From: Promethearchaeota archaeon
Lineage (GTDB): Archaea > Asgardarchaeota > Lokiarchaeia > Sigyniarchaeales > SOKP01
Direction: 5' to 3'
Length of the DNA: 24,344 nt
Assembly: GCA_019057795.1 (NCBI GenBank)
Contig: JAHLWS010000012.1
Span: 1-24,344, forward strand
In this document: piece by piece, positions 8,957 to 17,510 of the stretch
How the letters are laid out: each line of letters begins with the position of its first letter
How positions within the stretch are numbered: the first letter of the stretch is position 1
Notes under the pieces: generated by a model
The model's database searches: none
Seen by the model: the letters and a program-made list of their open reading frames with translations, nothing else
Told to the model about the DNA's origin: nothing
Program-made: the position numbers and the translations under genes

Positions 8957-10444
8957 GTGGAAAGGGATAATTATAAATTTCCGGCTACTAGCTATAAGGA
9001 TATGGTTTTGGAACCCCTTTTTGAAAGCTTTAAAGAGCATTTTTACCAACAATTGATGGCTATAAACTATGCCCATACAGTTATGCTTGCAGAACAAAAT
9101 ATTATTACTGTCGGGGAAGCTAAAGAGATTATTCAGGGCTTGTATGAAATAGATAAGGAGATAGATCTTACCTCTCTTAAATATACCGGAGAATTTGAGG
9201 ATGTATATTTTTATGTAGAACAGAAATTAATCAAGAAGATTGGTATAGAAATAGCAGGTAAGATGCATACAGGCAGAAGTCGTAATGATATGGATGTAAC
9301 CATATATAAGATGAAGATTAAGCTTTATTTATCTTCTCTAATAAACCATTTAGTAAAGTTAATTGATTCACTAATAAAAGTAGCGGAGGAAAATAAAGCA
9401 GCGATTGTCATTGCATATACCCATGGTCAACCCGCTCAGCCGACAACATTTGGTCATTATCTTGGGGCTTTAATTGAAATATTAGAACGTGATCTGGATC
9501 GCTTGTTCCAAGCCTATCGGGTTGTTGATAAGAGTAGTATGGGAGCAGCGGCAATTGCTACCTCCGGATTTAATTTAAACAGGGAAAGGATGGCTGAACT
9601 TTTAGGTTTTTCTGAAGTTCAGGAAAATTCTTATGGTTGTATTGCTGCGGTTGATTACTTAACAGAGGTTTATTCTAATTTAAAGATTTTATTTATTAAC
9701 CTGGGTCGTTTTATCCAAGACCTTGGGCAATGGACCAGTTTTGAGCTTTCTCATCTTTATGTTCCTGATGAGTTTGTTCAAATCAGTTCAATTATGCCCC
9801 AAAAAAGAAATCCGGTTCCCATTGAACATATGAGGATATTATCTTCAATTATGATCGGGCATTGTGATACCGTGGTTAATTCTATGCATAATACTCCATT
9901 TACTGATATGAATGATGCAGAGGACTCAATCCAGGTGATAGGATTTAAAGCTTTTTTCACTGGTGAAAGGGTTTTGAAGTTGTTGACAGATTTTATGTTA
10001 AACTTAAATGTTAATAAAGAAAAAATAAAAGAGCATATTGGAGAAACATATGTATCTATAACAGAGTTAGCTGATTCACTGGTAAGGGAAGAAGGGATAT
10101 CTTTTCGTCAGGCCCATGAAATTGCTTCTCAGATAGTTAAAACATTAATTAAGGAAAAGAAGCCGCTGGGGGATATTAAATACGAGTTATTTAGGTCTAT
10201 TTTTACTGAAACCATAAAGAGAGAACCTGATATTAGTGAAACCAAATTAAAGAAATTTGTTGACCCTGAGTATTTTATATCTGTTAGGGAGCAGTTAGGT
10301 GGTCCGGGGCCTCAAGCCTTAAGACGAAGTTTAAGCAACTATAAGGATAAACTTAATAATTTACAGAAAAATAATAAGAAAATAAAAGAATTCGAAGAAG
10401 CCGCTATCAATAAATTAAAAAGTGTGGTTAGGGAATATATGTAA
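8957..10444 (+). CDS. Argininosuccinate-lyase-like C-N lyase (fumarase/aspartase superfamily), non-canonical ArgH paralogue
   Basis: MHTGRSRND, AYTHGQPAQP, SSIMPQKRNP, TELADSLV and FRQAH; lacks the N-terminal WGGRF typical of biosynthetic ArgH; RBS GGAGGTG. Confidence 0.88.
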   Translation: MERDNYKFPATSYKDMVLEPLFESFKEHFYQQLMAINYAHTVMLAEQNIITVGEAKEIIQGLYEIDKEIDLTSLKYTGEFEDVYFYVEQKLIKKIGIEIAGKMHTGRSRNDMDVTIYKMKIKLYLSSLINHLVKLIDSLIKVAEENKAAIVIAYTHGQPAQPTTFGHYLGALIEILERDLDRLFQAYRVVDKSSMGAAAIATSGFNLNRERMAELLGFSEVQENSYGCIAAVDYLTEVYSNLKILFINLGRFIQDLGQWTSFELSHLYVPDEFVQISSIMPQKRNPVPIEHMRILSSIMIGHCDTVVNSMHNTPFTDMNDAEDSIQVIGFKAFFTGERVLKLLTDFMLNLNVNKEKIKEHIGETYVSITELADSLVREEGISFRQAHEIASQIVKTLIKEKKPLGDIKYELFRSIFTETIKREPDISETKLKKFVDPEYFISVREQLGGPGPQALRRSLSNYKDKLNNLQKNNKKIKEFEEAAINKLKSVVREYM

Positions 10445-10455
10445 GGGTAATTATT

Positions 10456-10497
10456 TTGGATTACTTTGTTTGTATTGATGGTAGAGATACTAAAACA
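10456..10497 (+). pseudogene. N-terminal relic of a BadF/BadG/BcrA/BcrD-type sugar (GlcNAc/GlcN) kinase
   Basis: TTG GAT TAC TTT GTT TGT ATT GAT GGT AGA GAT ACT AAA ACA = (M)DYFVCIDGRDTKT, a decayed 'YxxGIDGGGTKT' phosphate-1 motif, 11 nt after the lyase stop. Confidence 0.6.
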
Positions 10498-10624
10498 TGG
10501 GACATTCCCAATATTTTGTATTTTAAAATTCATTTTTATTAAGAGAAATTAAACTAATATGAAATATTATAATATTAAGTCCAAGCATAAGTTAATTTTA
10601 TCTAAAAACCTAATGGAGTAGTTT

Positions 10625-11824
10625 ATGAAAGGGAATGCAATTATAGGGCAATCTGGGGGTCCTACCTCGGTTATTAATTCGAGTCTTTGTGGTTTGGTCA
10701 AAGAAGGTCTTAAATCAAAAAAAATTGAAAAGGTCCTTGGTATGAGATTTGGGATCCAAGGATTTATGGAAGATGAGATTTTTGACTTGGGTAAAGAAAA
10801 TCCTCAAGTAATTGAAGGGTTACGTCAAACCCCTTCCTCTGCTTTGGGCTCATGCAGATATATATTAAAAGATGAAGATTCCCCACTTATAATGAAACAA
10901 CTTAAAAAGTATAATATACGTTATTTTTTTCTTATTGGAGGCAATGACACAATGGATACAATTAATCGTATAGAAAAATATTGCAGAGAGGATAATTATG
11001 AATTAAGAGCAATTGGAGTCCCTAAAACAGTAGATAATGATCTTTGTGGTACTGATCATACTCCAGGATTTGCCTCTGCTGCAAGATATGTTTGTCTTTC
11101 GGTCCAACAAGCTGGTCGACTTGCTCGAGATATGCAGAGAGTCGATAAATATGTTATTTTGCAAACTGTCGGCAGAGATACCGGATGGCTGGCAGCATCA
11201 GCGGTATTGGCAAAAAAAGGGGAATCTGACGCTCCTCATCTTATTTATATGCCTGAAAGGCCTTTATCAAAAGAAAAATATATATCAGATATCAAAAAGT
11301 GTATTGAAAAAAATGGATGGGTTTCAATAGTATGTGGTGAGGGTATCCGCTGGGAAGATGGAACACTTATAGCATCTACTCAAGCACAGGATGAGTTTTT
11401 AAATATTGAATTCGGAGCAATGGGTGGTGTTAGTGCAGCATTAAATTTACATAGGTTAATTAATCAAGAAACTAAATATAGGGGAGAGTTTCAAATAACC
11501 GAATCTCTTTCCATGTGTGCGATAGATAGAGCCAGTAAAGTTGATCTTGAAGAGGCTTATGATTGTGGAGTCAAGGCAATAAAATTAGCCGAAGAAGGTG
11601 CTTCGGGGATTATGGTTTCAATCCATCGGGTTAGTTCCTCTCCCTACAAAGTTAAATTAAAAACCGTTTCTCTTGATGAAGTTGCCTTACATACAAAAAC
11701 GATGGATGATAAATATATAAATACTCAAGGGAATTTTGTAACTGACGAATATATAAAATATATCAAACCATTAGTTGAAGAACTCCCCAGCTATAGTGAA
11801 TTAAATTTTATAAAAAATAAATAA
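10625..11824 (+). CDS. Phosphofructokinase A family, probable PPi-dependent type
   Basis: GQSGGPTSVIN, LGSCR, GGNDTMD (Asp of the PPi-type signature), PKTVDND, TDHTPGF and GEG; the usual ExMGR motif reads QTVGR. Confidence 0.88.
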   Translation: MKGNAIIGQSGGPTSVINSSLCGLVKEGLKSKKIEKVLGMRFGIQGFMEDEIFDLGKENPQVIEGLRQTPSSALGSCRYILKDEDSPLIMKQLKKYNIRYFFLIGGNDTMDTINRIEKYCREDNYELRAIGVPKTVDNDLCGTDHTPGFASAARYVCLSVQQAGRLARDMQRVDKYVILQTVGRDTGWLAASAVLAKKGESDAPHLIYMPERPLSKEKYISDIKKCIEKNGWVSIVCGEGIRWEDGTLIASTQAQDEFLNIEFGAMGGVSAALNLHRLINQETKYRGEFQITESLSMCAIDRASKVDLEEAYDCGVKAIKLAEEGASGIMVSIHRVSSSPYKVKLKTVSLDEVALHTKTMDDKYINTQGNFVTDEYIKYIKPLVEELPSYSELNFIKNK

Positions 11825-11895
11825 TCGTTATTTAGTAATAGGAGATTAGAGATGAATTTACAGGATAATAGATAAAATAAGGAGGGTTAAAAGAT

Positions 11896-12894
11896 ATGCA
11901 TGGTCGAAAGATATGGCCCGTACCAGTGCAAAAAATTATGCCCTATGAGGCAATTGAGGAAAAACGGCCTGTGGCATTAGTGACTAGTGGACCAGCATGG
12001 GAAGCCGTAAAATGTAAATTGAATCTTCCAATTGTTTGGCGAACTAATGTCAAAATGGCAATGGCTGATTACTGGGACAGTTTGATGGAAAATTTTAAGG
12101 GAGAAGTAATCTATGCTGTTGGTGGTGGGTTAGTAGTAGATGCAGCTAAGTACATAGCTATGAAACAAGGTTTGGAAATAGTCTGCCTTCCAACTGCACT
12201 TTCAGTTGATGCAATTACAGCGTGGTCTTCAGCTATTCGTGTAGATGGTTGTGTGGAATATATCCCTACAAAGATTGTAGATGAACTTTTGATTGATTTT
12301 GAAGTAATTGCCCAGGCTCCTTCCTTTATTCGCGCAGCAGCTATATGTGATCTTCTTTCTATTGCAACAGGACGTTGGGATTGGAAGTTTGCCGAAGAAA
12401 AAGGAAAAAATACCCCAGAAACAAAATTTATTCCCTATATTGATCATATGGCCGCATCTATTCTAGAAGGAGCAATTGATTGTGCTGAAGCAGCTGGTAG
12501 GGGTGATCAAGAAGGACTTAAGCAGTTATTGGATTGTATCATTTTGGAAACCCAAATGTTGAATCAAATAGGACATGCCCGACCCGAAGAAGGTAGTGAG
12601 CATTACTTTGCATATTTGGCGGAAAACTTAGTTGGATCGGGAAAACCTCATGCGAATCTAGTTTGCCCTGGTATTCTGATTATAGCTACTATCCAGGGGC
12701 AGGATATTGTACCATTGAAACGTGCAATGCGGTACTGCAATATTCCATTAAATGCGATTTTAAATGATTTCATTGAGGAAATTTTGAAACAGTTACCTAA
12801 ATATTGTACTGAACATGGATTATTGTATGGTGTTGCTCATGAGCTAAAGAAAGACGACTGGGAAAAGTTATCTTTTAAAAAAATTCTGAATTAA
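11896..12894 (+). CDS. Glycerol-1-phosphate dehydrogenase-like (EgsA/AraM; DHQS/Fe-ADH fold) polyol(-phosphate) dehydrogenase
   Basis: AVGGGLVVDAAKY, LPTALSVD, DLLS, GSEHYF and a second His (KPHA); RBS AAGGAGG. Confidence 0.8.
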   Translation: MHGRKIWPVPVQKIMPYEAIEEKRPVALVTSGPAWEAVKCKLNLPIVWRTNVKMAMADYWDSLMENFKGEVIYAVGGGLVVDAAKYIAMKQGLEIVCLPTALSVDAITAWSSAIRVDGCVEYIPTKIVDELLIDFEVIAQAPSFIRAAAICDLLSIATGRWDWKFAEEKGKNTPETKFIPYIDHMAASILEGAIDCAEAAGRGDQEGLKQLLDCIILETQMLNQIGHARPEEGSEHYFAYLAENLVGSGKPHANLVCPGILIIATIQGQDIVPLKRAMRYCNIPLNAILNDFIEEILKQLPKYCTEHGLLYGVAHELKKDDWEKLSFKKILN

Positions 12895-12901
12895 TAGAAA
12901 A

Positions 12902-13110
12902 ATTAACTTTGCTGTAAGGAGTAGAAGTAAAAATGGTATAAAAATTATTTGTAGTGCAGGCTCTAACCTTTTTGGTATAAATGAAGAAGACATGCAAGTA
13001 AAGGTTAATACTTGGGACTATATATTGCAAGATGAAGGAAGCGGATATGAGATTAGTATAAAAGCATTAAGGGTTTTAGTGAGAGTATAGGATGGTATGG
13101 GTGGTGTTAC
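12902..13110 (+). pseudogene. Internal relic of a BadF/BadG/BcrA/BcrD-type N-acetylglucosamine/glucosamine kinase
   Basis: Reads KNGIKIICSAGSNLFGINEEDMQVKVNTWDYILQDEGSGYEISIKALRVLVRV*DGMG, matching the family pattern GIVxIAGTGS..GGWGYLLGDEGSGY.IG..AL.....DGRG, with an in-frame stop and no start. Confidence 0.8.
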
Positions 13111-13206
13111 TATACAAAACAATAACGGAAGATTTAAATATTGTTGTATGCCACATTAACAAATGATTGTTTTAAAATATCAAATTTAAAGAAAGAGGAC
13201 AATATT

Positions 13207-14481
13207 ATGAACAAACTTGCTATTAATGGAGGAAAAAGTATAAGAAAAAAATCCTGGCCAGGGTGGCCTATTGTAGGAAAAGAAGAATTGGAACTTATGA
13301 GTGAAGTTATAAGTTCAGGTGTGTGGTCTTATAATGGTCCAAAAGAGAAAGAGTTTATAAGAAAATTTAGAGATTACATAGGAACTAAATATGCAGTATG
13401 TGCTGCCAACGGAACGGTTACTCTTCAAATAGCTCTTGAAGCTTTGGATATCGGTTACGGAGATGAAGTTATTGTTCCTGGTCTTACTTGGCAAGCTACC
13501 GCATCTTGCTGTGTTGATGTAAATGCAATGCCTGTTTTGGTCGATGTTGAGGAGGATAGCTGGTGCATTGATCCTGTAAAAATAGAAGAGGCTATTACTC
13601 CAAAAACAAAAGCTCTAATAATTGTTCATCTTTATGGTTCTAATCCAAAAATTGATGAAATAATTAAAATAGCTAAAGAGAATAACCTTTGCCTTATTGA
13701 AGATGCTGCCCATCAGTATGGTACTGTTATTAATGGTAAAAAGCCAGGTTCGTTTGGAGATATAGGTTCTTTTTCATTTCAGCAGTCAAAAGGACTAACA
13801 TCAGGTGAAGGAGGGGCTTTGACTACTAATAAAAAAGATTTAGCTGAAAAGCTTGATGCCCTCAGAAATTGTGGAAGAAGAGTTGTTTCATTAAATAGTA
13901 ATGTAAAGGAAGAAGAGAAAGGAAAGGGTTATTATAAGGAAGAAGGGAATTTTATACATTCTGGCAATTATAGAATTACTGAATTTCAGGCAGCTATACT
14001 TTTGTGTCAGTTACAAAGATTAGATGGGCAATTAAAGAAAAAAGATGAAAATGCTACTTATTTGAATAAAAAACTTAAGGAAATTGATGGCATTATCCCT
14101 ATGCGGAGGGAGAAAGAAACTCAGATACAAGCATATTTCAATTTCGCATTTAGATATGAAAAAAAATATTTTAAGAATCTTCATGTAAGTAAATTTAGAA
14201 AAGCATTATCGGCAGAGCTTGGTCTAGATATCCAACCTTGTTACGAACCATTAAATAACTGTCAATTTTATAGACCGCTTACTAAAAAAAGATATAACAT
14301 AAATCCAGAGTATTTTAAGAAAATCAACCCTTTAAGATTTTTACTGCCAGTATGTGAGAATGCTTTTAAAAACGAAAGTATAACATTCCACCACTCAGTT
14401 CTATTAGCAAAAAAGGAAGACATGAATGATATCCTGAAGGCCATAGTTAAAATAAAAGAAAATGTAGATGAACTGCTTTGA
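13207..14481 (+). CDS. DegT/DnrJ/EryC1/StrS PLP aminotransferase, StsC/BtrR/RifK-like subfamily
   Basis: Start moved to ATG 13207 (RBS GAGGA); LAINGG..WPGWP, NGT, GDEVIVPGLTW, IEDAAH, SFQQSKGLTSGEGG (PLP Lys), GNYRITEFQAA. Confidence 0.9.
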   Translation: MNKLAINGGKSIRKKSWPGWPIVGKEELELMSEVISSGVWSYNGPKEKEFIRKFRDYIGTKYAVCAANGTVTLQIALEALDIGYGDEVIVPGLTWQATASCCVDVNAMPVLVDVEEDSWCIDPVKIEEAITPKTKALIIVHLYGSNPKIDEIIKIAKENNLCLIEDAAHQYGTVINGKKPGSFGDIGSFSFQQSKGLTSGEGGALTTNKKDLAEKLDALRNCGRRVVSLNSNVKEEEKGKGYYKEEGNFIHSGNYRITEFQAAILLCQLQRLDGQLKKKDENATYLNKKLKEIDGIIPMRREKETQIQAYFNFAFRYEKKYFKNLHVSKFRKALSAELGLDIQPCYEPLNNCQFYRPLTKKRYNINPEYFKKINPLRFLLPVCENAFKNESITFHHSVLLAKKEDMNDILKAIVKIKENVDELL

Positions 14482-14522
14482 GTATAGATATAATGAATAT
14501 TAATAAAAAGGGAACATTTTAA

Positions 14523-15605
14523 ATGAAAACTTTAAATAAAAAAATAAAAGTTGGAATTGTCGGTTCAGGTTTTATATCAGGTATACATGTTCGTAGTTTA
14601 AAATCGGTATCTGATGCTGAGGTAATGGCTTGTTCCTCTATTGATGAAGAGGGTCTTAAAAAATTTACAAAGAAATACGAAATACCTTATTCTTTTATAG
14701 ATTATAGAAAAATGTTAGAAATGGATGAAATAGATGTAGTATGTTTAGGGGTTCCAAATAATTTACATCTTCAAATGACATTGGATTGCGCAACTGCAGG
14801 AAAACATATTATATGTGAAAAGCCATTGTGTAATAATTTGAGGGATGCAGATTCAATGATTAATACCTGCAAAGAAGCTGGGGTAAAATTAATGTATGTT
14901 GAACAATGTTGTTTTGCTCCTAAGTATATAAAATTAAAGGAACTTTACCAATCTGGATCGCTAGGGAAAATTTATTTTATAAAACACTCACAAAAACATG
15001 ATGGCCCTCATTCTACATGGTTTTGGGATGTTGAAAAAGTAGGAGGGGGAGTGGTTATGGATATGGGATGTCACACTTTTGGCTTTTTAAGGTGGTTAAC
15101 AGATAATGCAGAAGTTGAGGATATTTATTCCGAAATGGGGACTTATATGCATAAGGATAAAACAAGGGGAGAGGATACCGCAATAACTATAATAAAATTT
15201 AAGGGTGGTGTAACAGGGGTCTCAGAAGTTAGCTGGGCAAAGAAAGGTGGTTATGATGATAGAGCCGAAGTATATGGGTTAAAAGGAATTAGTTTTGCTG
15301 ATATGAGTTCTTCTCTTAGAACATATAGCGAAATTGGTTTTGAATATGTTTCTGAAAAGGCTCCAATATCTCTTGGATGGTCTTATCCCATATTTGAGGA
15401 GGAATGGCAGAGTGGTTTCCCCCAAATGTTTTCACATTTTATTGATTGTGTAAAAAATAATAAAATACCTATTATAACAGGCGAAGATGGGAAGGCAATA
15501 TTAGAAATGGTATTTGCTGCTTATAAGTCAGCTAAAGAGGGTAAAAAAGTAAAGTTACCATTTAAATCATATGCTGCCAAACCAATTGATCTTTGGATAA
15601 GTTAG
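14523..15605 (+). CDS. Gfo/Idh/MocA family NAD(P)-dependent oxidoreductase
   Basis: VGIVGSGFI, HIICEKP, GGGVVMDMGCH, GEDTA. Confidence 0.92.
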   Translation: MKTLNKKIKVGIVGSGFISGIHVRSLKSVSDAEVMACSSIDEEGLKKFTKKYEIPYSFIDYRKMLEMDEIDVVCLGVPNNLHLQMTLDCATAGKHIICEKPLCNNLRDADSMINTCKEAGVKLMYVEQCCFAPKYIKLKELYQSGSLGKIYFIKHSQKHDGPHSTWFWDVEKVGGGVVMDMGCHTFGFLRWLTDNAEVEDIYSEMGTYMHKDKTRGEDTAITIIKFKGGVTGVSEVSWAKKGGYDDRAEVYGLKGISFADMSSSLRTYSEIGFEYVSEKAPISLGWSYPIFEEEWQSGFPQMFSHFIDCVKNNKIPIITGEDGKAILEMVFAAYKSAKEGKKVKLPFKSYAAKPIDLWIS

Positions 15606-15702
15606 TTTGTTAATTTCAAAGTGTACTAATTTCGAGAAGTGTTTACACTTAGCTTAAAATAAATCGATCATGCGTGTGGTCTTTTCTATAGAATATTAAT
15701 AA

Positions 15703-16077
15703 CCAAAAATATTAATCCAAATTAAAGAATATGAAAAATTAGTCTTAATCACTGATACCATGAGGGCAGTAGACCTTAAAGAGGGAACTTATGATTTGGG
15801 TGGACAAGAAGTTATTGTGACTAAAGGACAAGTGAGTTTAAAAGACGAAACTTTAGCCGGTAGTGTATCAACTATGCATAAAGCAGTTAAAAACATGGTA
15901 AACAAAGTAGGTATTTCCTTACCAAAAGAGATTCAAATGACAAGCTTTAACCCGGCGAAATCTGTAGGAATAGATGATAAAAAAGGTAGTTTGGAGTCTG
16001 GTAAAGATGCCGATATAGTTATTTTAAACAAAAACTTGGAAACCGAACTAACTGTGGTAGCTGGAAAGGTAGTTTAA
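15703..16077 (+). pseudogene. nagA: 5'-truncated N-acetylglucosamine-6-phosphate deacetylase (C-terminal third only)
   Basis: The frame extends upstream of the listed ORF as KILIQIKEYEKLVLITDTMRA, then LAGS, NPAK and KGSLESGKDADIV. The N-terminal metal-binding region is missing and there is an in-frame TAA at 15700-15702. Directly upstream of nagB. Confidence 0.88.
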
Positions 16078-16092
16078 AGGAGGAATAAGGAA

Positions 16093-16824
16093 ATGAATAT
16101 TATAGTAGTGAAAGATTATAATGAGATGAGTTACCAGGCTGCCCAGCTAATTGCTGAACAAATTACAAAAAAAAGAAATTCGGTTTTAGGGTTAGCTACA
16201 GGTAGTACACCTGAGGGAATGTACAAAGAATTAATTAATTTAAATCAGGAGGATAAAGTGGATTTTTCAGAAGTAATTACCTTTAACCTGGATGAATACT
16301 ATGGCTTATCTCCAGAAAATCCGCAGAGTTATTGTTTTTTTATGTGGAATAAATTTTTTAAGCATGTTAACATTAAAAAAGAAAATATACACTTATTAAA
16401 TGGAATTACGGAAAATGTAAATAAGGAATGTAAACAATATGAAGATTTAATAAAAAAAAGTGATAGGATAGATTTACAAGTTTTAGGAATTGGTGACAAT
16501 GGTCATATAGGTTTTAATGAACCGGATATTAGTTTAAATACCCAAACTCATTTAGTAAACCTAACTACTAAGACGATTAAGGCAAATTCTCGTTTTTTTA
16601 ATAATGTTCAAGAAATTCCTAAACAAGCTATTACTATGGGAATAGGGACTATCATGCGGGCAAGAAAAATTATTTTATTAGCTAACGGTAAAAGAAAAGC
16701 CAGGGTTATTGAAAGAACAATAAATAGTCCTATTACTACTAAAGTACCGGCAAGCGTTCTTCAACTTCATAATGATGTAACCATAATTGCCGACCAGGAA
16801 GCGGCTTCTAAATTTATAAGTTGA
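16093..16824 (+). CDS. nagB: Glucosamine-6-phosphate deaminase
   Basis: LGLATGSTP, TFNLDEYYGL, LGIGDNGHIGFNEP, NSRFF, ITMGIGTI, PASVLQLH; RBS AAGGAGG. Confidence 0.96.
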   Translation: MNIIVVKDYNEMSYQAAQLIAEQITKKRNSVLGLATGSTPEGMYKELINLNQEDKVDFSEVITFNLDEYYGLSPENPQSYCFFMWNKFFKHVNIKKENIHLLNGITENVNKECKQYEDLIKKSDRIDLQVLGIGDNGHIGFNEPDISLNTQTHLVNLTTKTIKANSRFFNNVQEIPKQAITMGIGTIMRARKIILLANGKRKARVIERTINSPITTKVPASVLQLHNDVTIIADQEAASKFIS

Positions 16825-16868
16825 CAATAATTAGGACAGGGAACTTAAGAAATTGTAAAAACATATAG

Positions 16869-17270
16869 TGCTGTGTTAATAGAAAAGAATATTTTTTACC
16901 GAGATATCGGAGAAAAATCTTTACAAAAGGAGTAAAGGAATATACGGAGAAAATACTTTCGCACATCCCAGAATTTTATTCCGATATCGAGGTAGTAAAG
17001 CCTAATGTACAAGAGGATTATATTCATATGGTAGTCGTGATACCTCCAAGAATTGGAGTTGCCGATGCAATTCGGTTTATTAAAACACAGTTGGCAAAAA
17101 AGCTGAAAGCGAAATTTCCTTTTATGCAAAAAAGCTATGCAAGGGAAGGCGGCATCTGGTCTATAGGATACTGTGTATCGTGTATAGACTTGAATGAAAA
17201 GGAAATCCTCCCCTACGTAGAGCATCAAGAAAAAGAAGATAAAGGGCAACTGCAATTAACATTGTCATAG
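16869..17270 (+). mobile_element. tnpA: Degenerate IS200/IS605 family Y1 transposase (tnpA pseudogene)
   Basis: Continuous frame PRYRRKIF...NVQEDYIHMVVVIPPR...IKT...IWSIGYCVS...YVEHQE; HUH motif DHIH mutated to DYIH; 5' end decayed with no start; probable decayed right-end sequence at ~17278-17306. Confidence 0.85.
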
Positions 17271-17311
17271 GTTTAAGATACTTCAAGATCCTGCTGGGGG
17301 AGTTTCGCTAA

Positions 17312-17510
17312 CACTGAATGAGTTTGTAAGAAAGGAGGTCTTGCTTATACGATACTCTACGAAAAAGTGCTATCGATAATACAACAGGCGAGGATAGACA
17401 TTCGACCGAAGAGTCTTGGTGTTACCTGGAAAGAAATAAAGCAAACTTTATTTGCACTGAATGAGTTTGTAAGAAAGGAGGTCTTGCTTATACGATACTC
17501 TATGAAAAAG
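17312..17510 (+). repeat. 56-bp direct repeat, two copies (17312-17367 and 17455-17510)
   Basis: cactgaatgagtttgtaagaaaggaggtcttgcttatacgatactcta(c/t)gaaaaag; 55/56 identical. Confidence 0.95.

Noticed and set aside
8957-10444. Assigning the symbol argH and arginine biosynthesis
   Set aside because: Lacks the WGGRF N-terminus, has no arg neighbours and sits in a sugar uptake operon.
11896-12894. Archaeal-type G1P ether-lipid biosynthesis in a bacterium
   Set aside because: No prenyltransferase or other lipid genes in the window; the context is sugar catabolism.
13207-15605. Aminoglycoside biosynthetic gene cluster
   Set aside because: No cyclitol synthase, glycosyltransferases, resistance or export genes in the window.
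17312-17510. Mini CRISPR array from the 56-bp direct repeat
   Set aside because: Only two copies, too long, with an 87-bp spacer, and the repeat is part of a protein-coding relic.
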